From positions 62,001 to 126,000 of IMG/VR virus record IMGVR_UViG_3300027816_000052: 64,000 nucleotides of DNA. One strand, given 5' to 3'. The position numbers were made by a program, and so were the translations under genes. The notes below the pieces were generated by a model. The model ran no database searches and was not told the origin of the DNA. It saw only the letters and a list, made by a program, of their open reading frames with translations. How positions within the stretch are numbered: position 1 is the first letter of the stretch; every line of letters begins with the position of its first letter. Of the stretch, positions 56,062 to 64,000 are shown in pieces.

Positions 56062-57107
56062 TGGGTTTACCAAAAAAAATAAAAAAAGATTTAAACCTTA
56101 CGCCAGAAAAAATTCTTCTTGAGAGAAGAGAAGAGTTATTGGAATATATTAATGAGGATGGAACTTATTTACCAAAATCAATTTTACATGCTGATTTAGA
56201 TAGAGGGTTTTTAGATTTTGTTAAAGATAAACTCAGAACCGTTGTTGAGGGAAAAGAAGTTCCAATGATTGATGTTATCATTACAACACAAAATTGGGCG
56301 CAGTTTACCGAAACTTGGAAATTCCAAAATATGGATGATAATCCGGAACCTCCGTTCATTACTGTTGTTAGAAAAAAGGAAACAAAATTTGGAACAAATC
56401 CCGCATTAAAATATAACATACCAAATAGAAGACAATATTTTTACGCTGCGGTACCAACATGGACTGGAACAAGAAAGGGGGTTGATATATACACAATACC
56501 CCAACCAATTCCCGTCGATATTAATTACAGCATAAAAATAGTTTGTAATAGGATGAGGGAATTAAATGAATTTAATAAAAATGTTTTAAGAGAGTTTGCA
56601 TCCAGACAAGCATATACAACAGTTAAAGGTCATTATATCCCAATTATAATGGATAATATTAGTGATGAATCGGTTAATGAATTAGAGAAAAGAAGATATT
56701 ATATGCAAAATTATGATTTTACTTTATTGGGTTTCTTAATAGATGAAGATGAATTTGAGGTAAAACCAGCAATTTCTAGATCACTTGCTCTAATTGAAAC
56801 GGATAGTTCGTTACCCAAAAAATCTAATGGTAAAATAAATCAAAGACTTGATTATGGTAATCAAATGATTTTTAATAGTGGTGTTACTGAATTAACACAA
56901 GTTTTCTATTCTCAAACTAATATATCATTACAACAAACATCAAATGTTGATTCATATGATGTTTATATAAATAATGATTTATATGGTAGTGATATTCAAA
57001 AATTATTATTAAATAGTGGTGATGTTTTAAGAATTGTCATCACAAAAACAGACAACGGACAAAAAGGAATAATTAATTTTCAAACTGAAATTAACTATTC
57101 ACCGTAA
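56061..57107 (+). CDS. tail terminator / sheath stabiliser, gp15-like
   Basis: DLD..F..F...P.P.P.PVDINY.I.I......ELN; directly upstream of the sheath gene. Confidence 0.55.
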   Translation: MGLPKKIKKDLNLTPEKILLERREELLEYINEDGTYLPKSILHADLDRGFLDFVKDKLRTVVEGKEVPMIDVIITTQNWAQFTETWKFQNMDDNPEPPFITVVRKKETKFGTNPALKYNIPNRRQYFYAAVPTWTGTRKGVDIYTIPQPIPVDINYSIKIVCNRMRELNEFNKNVLREFASRQAYTTVKGHYIPIIMDNISDESVNELEKRRYYMQNYDFTLLGFLIDEDEFEVKPAISRSLALIETDSSLPKKSNGKINQRLDYGNQMIFNSGVTELTQVFYSQTNISLQQTSNVDSYDVYINNDLYGSDIQKLLLNSGDVLRIVITKTDNGQKGIINFQTEINYSP

Positions 57108-57253
57108 ACATCTTTTTTTTCTTTACACTTTTCAATAATTAAAGATTCCAAAAATTTATAAATTTTGTAACCTTTTTTATCGCAATATCTTTTTAAGATA
57201 TCGTGTACTTCTGGGTCAATTTTTAAGTTTTTAATTTTTTTGTTATTTGGCAT
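57095..57253 (-). CDS. ribbon-helix-helix DNA-binding protein (52 aa; not in ORF track)
   Basis: Hand translation MPNNKKIKNLKIDPEVHDILKRYCDKKGYKIYKFLESLIIEKCKEKKDVYGE*: beta strand-helix-Gly-helix RHH pattern; ATATTTAT upstream. Confidence 0.7.
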   Translation of the reverse strand: MPNNKKIKNLKIDPEVHDILKRYCDKKGYKIYKFLESLIIEKCKEKKDVYGE

Positions 57254-57330
57254 GGTAGAAAAAAGGAAGAATTTTTTCTTCCCATATTATAAATATATTG
57301 ACTTTTTGCTGATTTTTAATAAAAACGTAG

Positions 57331-57338
57331 ATATTTAT
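57331..57338 (+). promoter_or_regulatory. candidate phage late promoter motif ATATTTAT (representative copy, before the sheath gene)
   Basis: Same sense-strand octamer precedes genes at 1512, 3584, 8027(-), 8060, 12579(-), 18471(-), 25687, 29127, 32901(-), 32912, 41750, 42641, 50996(-), 54409, 57296(-). Confidence 0.7.
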
Positions 57339-57370
57339 TGAAAAATAAATTAAAAAGAAAATTTTAAAAA

Positions 57371-60300
57371 ATGGCAACATCCAATAAAGTCTTTGTATCT
57401 CCGGGGGTTTACACTTCAGAGCGAGACTTAAGTTTTGTGGCACAAAGTGTAGGTGTCACAACCTTAGGTATTGCTGGTGAAACTCAAAAAGGTCCGGCTT
57501 TCGAACCTATATTCATCACAAGTTACGATGAATTTGAAACTTATTTTGGTGGAACATCACCAGAAAAGTTTATAAACACACAAATTCCAAAATATGAAGC
57601 TGCTTACATAGCAAAATCTTATTTACAGCAATCAAACCAATTGTTTGTATCAAGAATTCTTGGTCTTTCTGGTTATGATGCTGGTCCTTCATGGTCAATT
57701 AAGATTAATGCTAATATGAATCCAGCAACGGTTTCATTATCTAGCTGCACAACTTATTGCTCCGCTGGTGAATATTTAACAAGCGGTTGCACCGTAGAAG
57801 CACCAATTACATTTACAATTAATTTTACAGGTAATACTTGTTCACTTAGCAGTATTGTAATTAGTGGTGATTCAAATTACAACAGCATTATTGGTCAATA
57901 TGCTACAAGTGAATATGAGCAGTTTAATGGAAGTATTTCAACATTAGAAGAAGATTTAAAAGAGCAAATCTTTGGTGTTATGAGTTCAACCGGTACAAGC
58001 GGAAGCTCAGTTTATTACTTCGGTTCTATTCCCGCTTCAGCAACAACTGTATCACCCTTAAGTGCTTACACAGCATCAACAAATGCGGTTAACGTATTTA
58101 GTGTAGCTGACCCGGTTAGCTTGAATCAATTAACATCAAGATTAAACGATTCTTGGTACTTTGCAACATTCAATCAATTTGCACCTAATGTAACGGTACT
58201 ACCTAACGGTGAATCGGTAACACCTAACTACTCAGGTATTTCATTCTATAGTGTTGTTAATAGTTTAGTGTTCTCAGGTCAGGTATGTACAACAGCATCT
58301 ACGTCAACTACAACATCGACAACAACAGATCCTTGCGCTGCTCCAGTACCCTCACAAACACCTGTTGCTCCGGTGGTTACATGCTGCAATTACTTTACAG
58401 GAACATTAACGGGTACAATTTACACATTATTTGGTAAACAATTTAATGATTACCAAGATTTGGTTGTTGCAACTCTAAGATCTAGAGGTGTTGTTGATTA
58501 TGTGTCAAGTAATGGACCTGTTTATGAAATCTCAACATTAAATTATGTTGGTCTCGATTGTACCACAGATTCTTATGAATTAGTACAAAAAAATCCTTTT
58601 ATGTCATTTGCAATTACTGGTTTTACAGATGCGGGTCAATACTTTAACTTCAAAACCTCAATGAGTAACACCGATAAGAACTTCATTGATAGAGTTCTTG
58701 GTTCGGGTAACTTTAGCAAACCAAAAACCGAAGTTCCTTTATTTGTTGAAGAAAATTATTCAAACTTATTAACTTATGGTTGGAATAAGGGTTATGTAAG
58801 AGGTTTACAATGTAACTTATTGGCTTTAGATAGTGCGAGAAGTAATGATGGAAATTCTATCGGTTGGTATCTTGATAGATATCAAACACCAATTACTCCG
58901 TTTATTGTGTCTGAATTAAGAGGTAATAAAGTATTTAAGCTCTTTAAATTCCATAGTATTTCAGATGGTACAAATGCAAATACTGAAATTAAGATTTCAA
59001 TCGCTAATATTTCATTTGCAAATGGAACATTTGATATCTTGGTAAGAGATTATAATGATACTGATCAAAATCCGGTTGTAATTGAGAAGTTCTCAAACTG
59101 TAGCATGAATCCTTCTCTTAATAACTTCGTTGCTAAGAGAATTGGTACTGTTGATGGGGAATATGAACTTAAGTCAAAGTATGTTATGGTTGAATTAAGT
59201 GATGAATATCCTACTGATGCATTACCTTGCGGTTTCGAGGGTTACTTAATGAGAGAATATGATAATGAAACATCTCCGTTCGTTGTCTACAAAACAAAAT
59301 ATGATTTTCCGGGTGAAGTTATCTACAATCCTCCATTTGGTACATTAGCTGGTGCTGAAGATTCAATCACAAGTAGCGGCGATAGAGTAAGAAATACTTA
59401 CTTAGGTATTTCTTCAGAAATTCCGGTTGATTCAGATTTCTTCTACTACAAAGGTAAGAAAAATGTTTCATCAGTTGAGCTTTGCACAAGTGAAACATCA
59501 GATTCTTGGTTGTATTTAACAAAAGGTTTCCACATGGATTCTGGTGCTAGCGTTGTAAAGATTTCTTCTGATTATGTAACATCAGGTAAACCTGCGTTTG
59601 ATGTTGGTGTAACTTCATTCAGGAGTGAACCCACATCAGCAAATAATCCTTACTACAAATTACAATCTCGTAAGTTTACTCTCTACTTACAAAATGGTTT
59701 CGACGGTTGGGACATTTATACAGAATCAAGAACAAATACTGATAGATTCCAATTAGGTGGTTCCGGTTACCAAAATGGTGCTTGTCCTTCAGTTAGATAT
59801 CCTGATGCAACCGGTGTTGGATTGTTAAAACAAATCTCTGTAAATGACACATTTACCGATTATGCTAACACTGACTTCTACGCTTACTTGTATGGTATCA
59901 GACAATTTGCAAATCCTGAAGCAACAACAATTAACGTTCTTGTAACTCCGGGTATTGATTTTGTAAATAACTTACAATTAATTGAGGATACAATTACAAT
60001 GGTTGAACAAGAAAGAGCGGATTCACTTTATGTCATGACAACTCCTGACATGAATATGTTTGTTCCAACAGCTTCAGATCCTGCTGATTTCTACACACCA
60101 ACAGATATTGTTGATCAGTTAGAAGCTGCAAATATTGACACAAACTACACAGCAACTTACTATCCTTGGATTCTTGTTAAGGACACGGTAAATAATACTC
60201 AGGTATATATTCCTTCTACGGGTGAAGTTTGCAGAAACTTCGCACTAACCGATAACATTGCATTCCCTTGGTTCGCAACCGCTGGTTACACAAGAGGTAT

Positions 60301-60760
60301 CGTAAATTCTGTTAAAGCAAGAAAGAAGCTCACTCAAGAGGATAGAGACACCTTGTATCAGGGTAGAATTAACCCGATTGCAACCTTCAGCGATGTTGGT
60401 ACTGTAATTTGGGGTAATAAGACTCTACAAGTTGCTGAATCCGCTCTTGATAGAATCAACGTTAGAAGATTGTTGTTACAAACAAGAAAGTTAATTTCTG
60501 CTGTAGCTGTTAGATTGTTATTCGAACAAAATGATAGTAAGGTAAGACAAGACTTCTTGGATGCTGTTAATCCGATACTTGATTCGATTAGAAGAGATAG
60601 GGGTCTATACGACTTCAGAGTAACGCTCTCATCAAGTCCTGAGGATTTAGATAGAAATCAATTAGTTGGTAAAATTTACATTAAACCAACAAAGTCGCTT
60701 GAGATAATTGATTTGGAATTCTTAATTACACCTACTGGTGCAAGTTTCGAAAATATCTAA
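57371..60760 (+). CDS. contractile tail sheath protein (gp18-like)
   Basis: FVSPGVYTSERDLS, G..QKGPAFEP; C-terminus YYPW, PWFATAG..RG, RDTLYQGRINPI, WGNKTLQ, LDRINVRRLL, IYIKPTKSLE.I.L.F. Confidence 0.95.
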   Translation: MATSNKVFVSPGVYTSERDLSFVAQSVGVTTLGIAGETQKGPAFEPIFITSYDEFETYFGGTSPEKFINTQIPKYEAAYIAKSYLQQSNQLFVSRILGLSGYDAGPSWSIKINANMNPATVSLSSCTTYCSAGEYLTSGCTVEAPITFTINFTGNTCSLSSIVISGDSNYNSIIGQYATSEYEQFNGSISTLEEDLKEQIFGVMSSTGTSGSSVYYFGSIPASATTVSPLSAYTASTNAVNVFSVADPVSLNQLTSRLNDSWYFATFNQFAPNVTVLPNGESVTPNYSGISFYSVVNSLVFSGQVCTTASTSTTTSTTTDPCAAPVPSQTPVAPVVTCCNYFTGTLTGTIYTLFGKQFNDYQDLVVATLRSRGVVDYVSSNGPVYEISTLNYVGLDCTTDSYELVQKNPFMSFAITGFTDAGQYFNFKTSMSNTDKNFIDRVLGSGNFSKPKTEVPLFVEENYSNLLTYGWNKGYVRGLQCNLLALDSARSNDGNSIGWYLDRYQTPITPFIVSELRGNKVFKLFKFHSISDGTNANTEIKISIANISFANGTFDILVRDYNDTDQNPVVIEKFSNCSMNPSLNNFVAKRIGTVDGEYELKSKYVMVELSDEYPTDALPCGFEGYLMREYDNETSPFVVYKTKYDFPGEVIYNPPFGTLAGAEDSITSSGDRVRNTYLGISSEIPVDSDFFYYKGKKNVSSVELCTSETSDSWLYLTKGFHMDSGASVVKISSDYVTSGKPAFDVGVTSFRSEPTSANNPYYKLQSRKFTLYLQNGFDGWDIYTESRTNTDRFQLGGSGYQNGACPSVRYPDATGVGLLKQISVNDTFTDYANTDFYAYLYGIRQFANPEATTINVLVTPGIDFVNNLQLIEDTITMVEQERADSLYVMTTPDMNMFVPTASDPADFYTPTDIVDQLEAANIDTNYTATYYPWILVKDTVNNTQVYIPSTGEVCRNFALTDNIAFPWFATAGYTRGIVNSVKARKKLTQEDRDTLYQGRINPIATFSDVGTVIWGNKTLQVAESALDRINVRRLLLQTRKLISAVAVRLLFEQNDSKVRQDFLDAVNPILDSIRRDRGLYDFRVTLSSSPEDLDRNQLVGKIYIKPTKSLEIIDLEFLITPTGASFENI

Positions 60761-60775
60761 AATAAAATAACTAAG

Positions 60776-60810
60776 AAAAAACCCCCTTCAGAAATGAGTG
60801 GGGGTTTTTT
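60776..60810. terminator. bidirectional intrinsic terminator after the sheath gene
   Basis: aaaaaacccccttca-gaaa-tgagtgggggtttttt. Confidence 0.8.
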
Positions 60811-60814
60811 ATTT

Positions 60815-61045
60815 TCATATCTTTAACTTAAAAATATGTCTATAATCAACATCGCAAAATAGTGTAAATTTAATCCAAATTAAATTAAGTGAAATATACC
60901 AATACCAAGGTTGAATACCACTTGTTGTTTTGATATATGTACCCTTTTTAAACTCTAAACCAAGTTGTTTTGGTAATAGTCTAATAGTTATATCAGACCA
61001 AACTGATTTGACTCTAAATTTTAAATCAATATTAAAAATTTTCAT
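60815..61045 (-). CDS. hypothetical protein
   Basis: One of a series of small overlapping ORFs. Confidence 0.5.
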   Translation of the reverse strand: MKIFNIDLKFRVKSVWSDITIRLLPKQLGLEFKKGTYIKTTSGIQPWYWYISLNLIWIKFTLFCDVDYRHIFKLKI

Positions 61046-61281
61046 TAACTAATAATTTTAACCTCACTTTCAGTTTCAATTACAACCCTAGCACCACAAC
61101 TTAATAAAGGTTTAGCATCACAACCATGACCACCATAAATTATTTTGCTTGGACCAAGAATTTCAACTTCGTTACAATATGTATTTTTTTTACCTTGTTT
61201 AACTGTTATAACAGGTAAATCAGTCCCATTTGTTTTATTGGAACGAATATTGTGTTGGTTAACGTGAATTTTGGTTTTCAT
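61045..61281 (-). CDS. hypothetical protein (IHVNQH...KPLLSCGARV motif)
   Basis: 78-aa ORF; motif pattern familiar from large phages. Confidence 0.65.
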   Translation of the reverse strand: MKTKIHVNQHNIRSNKTNGTDLPVITVKQGKKNTYCNEVEILGPSKIIYGGHGCDAKPLLSCGARVVIETESEVKIIS

Positions 61282-61478
61282 TCAATATCTTTTTGATAAA
61301 GTACCTCAACTTTTTCTATGGTTTCATCCAATAAATCAAAACAAGGTTCAGAAATAAGATTTTTTAGTATATTATCGTCATCTTTTAAATAACTACGTAT
61401 AACTTCTAAATTATTCATTACATCCCACAATGGATGATTAATATCGTGTTTTTTTATATTATTCATCTTCTTCAGCAA
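61278..61478 (-). CDS. hypothetical protein
   Basis: One of a series of small overlapping ORFs. Confidence 0.5.
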   Translation of the reverse strand: MLKKMNNIKKHDINHPLWDVMNNLEVIRSYLKDDDNILKNLISEPCFDLLDETIEKVEVLYQKDIE

Positions 61479-61731
61479 GATTATTAAATTTTAATATTGT
61501 ACCATCATTAAAATGAAGTTCTTTCGTACCTCTAAATGAATCATCAGTCCAAATAAAAGCTTTCATCGCAGAATTTGGATATTCACCATTTATTTTTTTA
61601 TGTTGTTTTTTTAACTGAGTTATTTTAATCATTAAATCAGTGAAATCAATCATTAGATTTGAAAAATTTTCAGGGTTGATAATATCAACAAACTCCTCAA
61701 TTGTTGATATTGTATATTGTTTTTCTTCCAT
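61459..61731 (-). CDS. hypothetical protein
   Basis: 90-aa ORF. Confidence 0.55.
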   Translation of the reverse strand: MEEKQYTISTIEEFVDIINPENFSNLMIDFTDLMIKITQLKKQHKKINGEYPNSAMKAFIWTDDSFRGTKELHFNDGTILKFNNLAEEDE

Positions 61732-61744
61732 CTTTTATAATTTA

Positions 61745-62224
61745 TTAAATTTTTGTTACCGATTCAATATAATACATAATTCCATTTATACCACCACCGG
61801 TTCTCGCATCAAATTTCATAAAATCAGAACATATAATTACATTATATTTTTCACCAGTATTTTCATCATATTTAACTAAAATATCTTTAATTTTTTCATC
61901 ACCTTCGGAACTAGCACCAAGTGATGAGTATGAACCAATATATACGGTATCACCAATAGTTAAATCTTTTAAATCTTTCATTTTTTCTTCTCTTTTTATA
62001 TATTCCTCTTCTATTTTTTCATTAAGAGATGTGTATCGGTCAAGAATATATTCAGTTTCTAAATTTTTATAAAATTTCTCCCAAGCTAATTGAATTTGTT
62101 GTATTTTTCTACCACAAACACCACAACAATCACCTTCAGATTCCAAATCCATAAAATCTGAAATATATTGACATTCCTCGCAATCCCATTTTGGTGAATC
62201 TAATTTATTTGTATTCATTTTCAA
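61745..62224 (-). CDS. hypothetical protein with CxxC...CxxC zinc-ribbon motif
   Basis: CEEC...CGVC. Confidence 0.55.
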   Translation of the reverse strand: MKMNTNKLDSPKWDCEECQYISDFMDLESEGDCCGVCGRKIQQIQLAWEKFYKNLETEYILDRYTSLNEKIEEEYIKREEKMKDLKDLTIGDTVYIGSYSSLGASSEGDEKIKDILVKYDENTGEKYNVIICSDFMKFDARTGGGINGIMYYIESVTKI

Positions 62225-62402
62225 TTCTTATTTCGTTTATCGCTAAATTAAGATAAAAATGCGACTTTTCCAAACATTCTGTTAAAGTTTCAGATGAACC
62301 ACCATATAATTCACCATAATTAGCATCTGGTTGACATATTGACCAGTACCATCTAAATCCATTTGATGGGTGTGGTTTATCTATTATTGTTTCTAATAAC
62401 AT
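62205..62402 (-). CDS. hypothetical protein
   Basis: 65-aa ORF. Confidence 0.5.
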   Translation of the reverse strand: MLLETIIDKPHPSNGFRWYWSICQPDANYGELYGGSSETLTECLEKSHFYLNLAINEIRIENEYK

Positions 62403-62737
62403 TATTGTATTATGTTAATTGGGTCATATAAAATAACTTTTTCATAATTCACACCAACATATAACATATCTTCTGATATTTTTTTATTATCAGCCCCATA
62501 CCTATATGTATATTTACACACATAACCTAAATTTTTGTGATTATGTATTTTTGTTTTTGGTTGTGTTATTTCAACTATAAGTTTACTGCGCTCTTGAAGT
62601 TTATTATCAAACTGTATAGATAGGTGTTCTAATTGTTTTTCAATAAATCTATCAAACCACCGTTCTTCCACGGTGTATCGTAAATTAACATAACCATCAA
62701 TATAATCGGGTTCATAAATAACATAAATATATTTCAT
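62402..62737 (-). CDS. hypothetical protein
   Basis: 111-aa ORF. Confidence 0.55.
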   Translation of the reverse strand: MKYIYVIYEPDYIDGYVNLRYTVEERWFDRFIEKQLEHLSIQFDNKLQERSKLIVEITQPKTKIHNHKNLGYVCKYTYRYGADNKKISEDMLYVGVNYEKVILYDPINIIQ

Positions 62738-62750
62738 TTTTTTTAATTAA

Positions 62751-63074
62751 TTAAAAAGGTAAATCTTCATCAAATTCATTCGGTACACTACTATTCTTAT
62801 AACCCATTTCTTCCATCCTTTTAAAATCTTCATCAATAAAATCTTTCCAAGGTTGGTTAAGTTCAGTTAATAATTTTAATATCATTTCTAAATCATATTC
62901 ACTTAAAAAACCGCCTCTTCTTGGTGCATCATAATAAAAGAAACCATCCTCAAGCATCTGAAACTCACCAACATAGGCGCTTTCATTAAAATAAATCTTA
63001 TAGTGAGTTGGTTCTTCCTCCTTATTCGGTATTAGTTTAAATTTTTCTTTCATTTTAATATCCAAATGCTTCAA
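62751..63074 (-). CDS. hypothetical protein
   Basis: Likely start MKEKF near 63053; ends in acidic EDLPF. Confidence 0.55.
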   Translation of the reverse strand: MKHLDIKMKEKFKLIPNKEEEPTHYKIYFNESAYVGEFQMLEDGFFYYDAPRRGGFLSEYDLEMILKLLTELNQPWKDFIDEDFKRMEEMGYKNSSVPNEFDEDLPF

Positions 63075-63735
63075 TTGTATGTTTAAATGGATTACCTTCG
63101 ATATTTTTAACTAAGTCCAGCATTTCTTGTGTAAGTTCTCTTACTTCAACCTGAGCATGTTCGCTATTGCGTAGTTGTTGGAAGTGTGCAAAACTTCTCC
63201 AGTTAAACATAATATCCATTGTGATTTGTGAATTGAATGTTTTAAAGAATCTAGCAGACTCTTTTGCTCTTTTTCTACCTAAGATGGGTGTTAAATCAGA
63301 CAAACATTCGTGATAGAGAGCGTTACCTAAATCAGTATAAGATTTTAATGCTTCAAACCAACTATTGATATTACCATCGTTATCATAAAAAAACTCATTG
63401 GCGTGACCCTGAGAAATTTCAATTCCTTTCCAATCTTTAGGTAGATACGTCTTATCTTCCTTCAACTCTTTATAACGAGCACTTTCACCATTAACACTTA
63501 CACCTATTCGGTGCTTCAATACATGAATATGTGTTGCTTGATCGACTGTAACTAGAAAATGTAAGCTAGATTTTTCAAAAGGAGTGTGATGACCTTCTTT
63601 TGCTAACATTGTTAATAATTTAGGTACACGTTCTAATTTTTCAGGTGTCAATTCACGCGAGGTAGATGTCCACGCTGAACAAGCGTGTGTTAAATCATCA
63701 CCATAGTAACCAAGTAATTCTACTTTATTGTTCAT
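63055..63735 (-). CDS. thyX: flavin-dependent thymidylate synthase
   Basis: H.TPFE, KHR....VNGESARY, KESARF, NWRSF.HF..LR...HAQ.E.R. Confidence 0.92.
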   Translation of the reverse strand: MNNKVELLGYYGDDLTHACSAWTSTSRELTPEKLERVPKLLTMLAKEGHHTPFEKSSLHFLVTVDQATHIHVLKHRIGVSVNGESARYKELKEDKTYLPKDWKGIEISQGHANEFFYDNDGNINSWFEALKSYTDLGNALYHECLSDLTPILGRKRAKESARFFKTFNSQITMDIMFNWRSFAHFQQLRNSEHAQVEVRELTQEMLDLVKNIEGNPFKHTIEAFGY

Positions 63736-63772
63736 TTCTTATTAATAATTAATGTATTCATATACGCCCATT

Positions 63773-64000
63773 TTAAGAGTGAATTATAAAATGATTATAT
63801 ATGTTTAAAATTGTAAATTGCATTTCAAATTTTGGGCATGGTTTCATTTTCCACAAATCTAAGGAAAATTTTAGATTAAAAAAAGTTATACCATCAGAAA
63901 ATGAACGATTTTTTGCTAATAGCTGCAAATCAATATATTTTCTTTTAAAGAATGAAATTTTTCCGTATATACATAAACCGTTTATTATTCTTGTTTTAAT
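63773..64000 (-). CDS. partial hypothetical protein (5' end outside window)
   Basis: Open frame IKTRIINGLCIYGK...NHFIIHS* of 76 codons. Confidence 0.45.
   Translation of the reverse strand: MKTRIINGLCIYGKISFFKRKYIDLQLLAKNRSFSDGITFFNLKFSLDLWKMKPCPKFEMQFTILNIYNHFIIHS

Noticed and set aside
63743-63772. 9-codon ORF MGVYEYINY* upstream of thyX
   Set aside because: Too short to support; could be a gene remnant or chance.
1-64000. tRNA, rRNA, group I/II introns, transposases or integrase
   Set aside because: Intergenic gaps are short and AT-rich and I found no recognisable signatures by eye; a covariance-model scan would be needed to exclude them formally.

Overview
AT-rich, densely coding 64-kb segment of a large T4-like (myovirus, probably jumbo/huge) bacteriophage read in the standard code. 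The host is probably a Bacteroidota species: there is a canonical TTTG-N19-TAnnTTTG promoter at 3553-3583 and no Shine-Dalgarno motifs are visible. Core genes are tail sheath, neck/head-closure/tail-terminator-like and baseplate hub-like proteins, a gp55-like late sigma factor, family B DNA polymerase, SNF2 helicase, dUTPase, ThyX, a 3'-5' exonuclease and PhoH carrying a class 3 intein. There is a very large glycan-modification repertoire (about 12 glycosyltransferase-like, methyltransferase and acetyltransferase genes, including an Aah/TibC-type heptosyltransferase and a Skp1-type GlcNAc transferase next to a Gly-Ser-Thr-repeat fibre). Highlights: (1) three dispersed LRR-like genes built from 60-nt modules that are nearly invariant at synonymous sites, hypervariable at the predicted binding face, and share identical blocks between loci (VLR-like); (2) a portable 'K.I.LTES.L...I...L.E' leader on many unrelated cargo proteins, resembling a capsid-targeting/prohead-protease leader; (3) a glycosyltransferase interrupted by GGT-TAG-GT inside a GC-rich hairpin, compatible with a 5-nt translational bypass; (4) a recurrent ATATTTAT candidate late promoter. 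All functional calls come from motif recognition by eye; no database searches were run.
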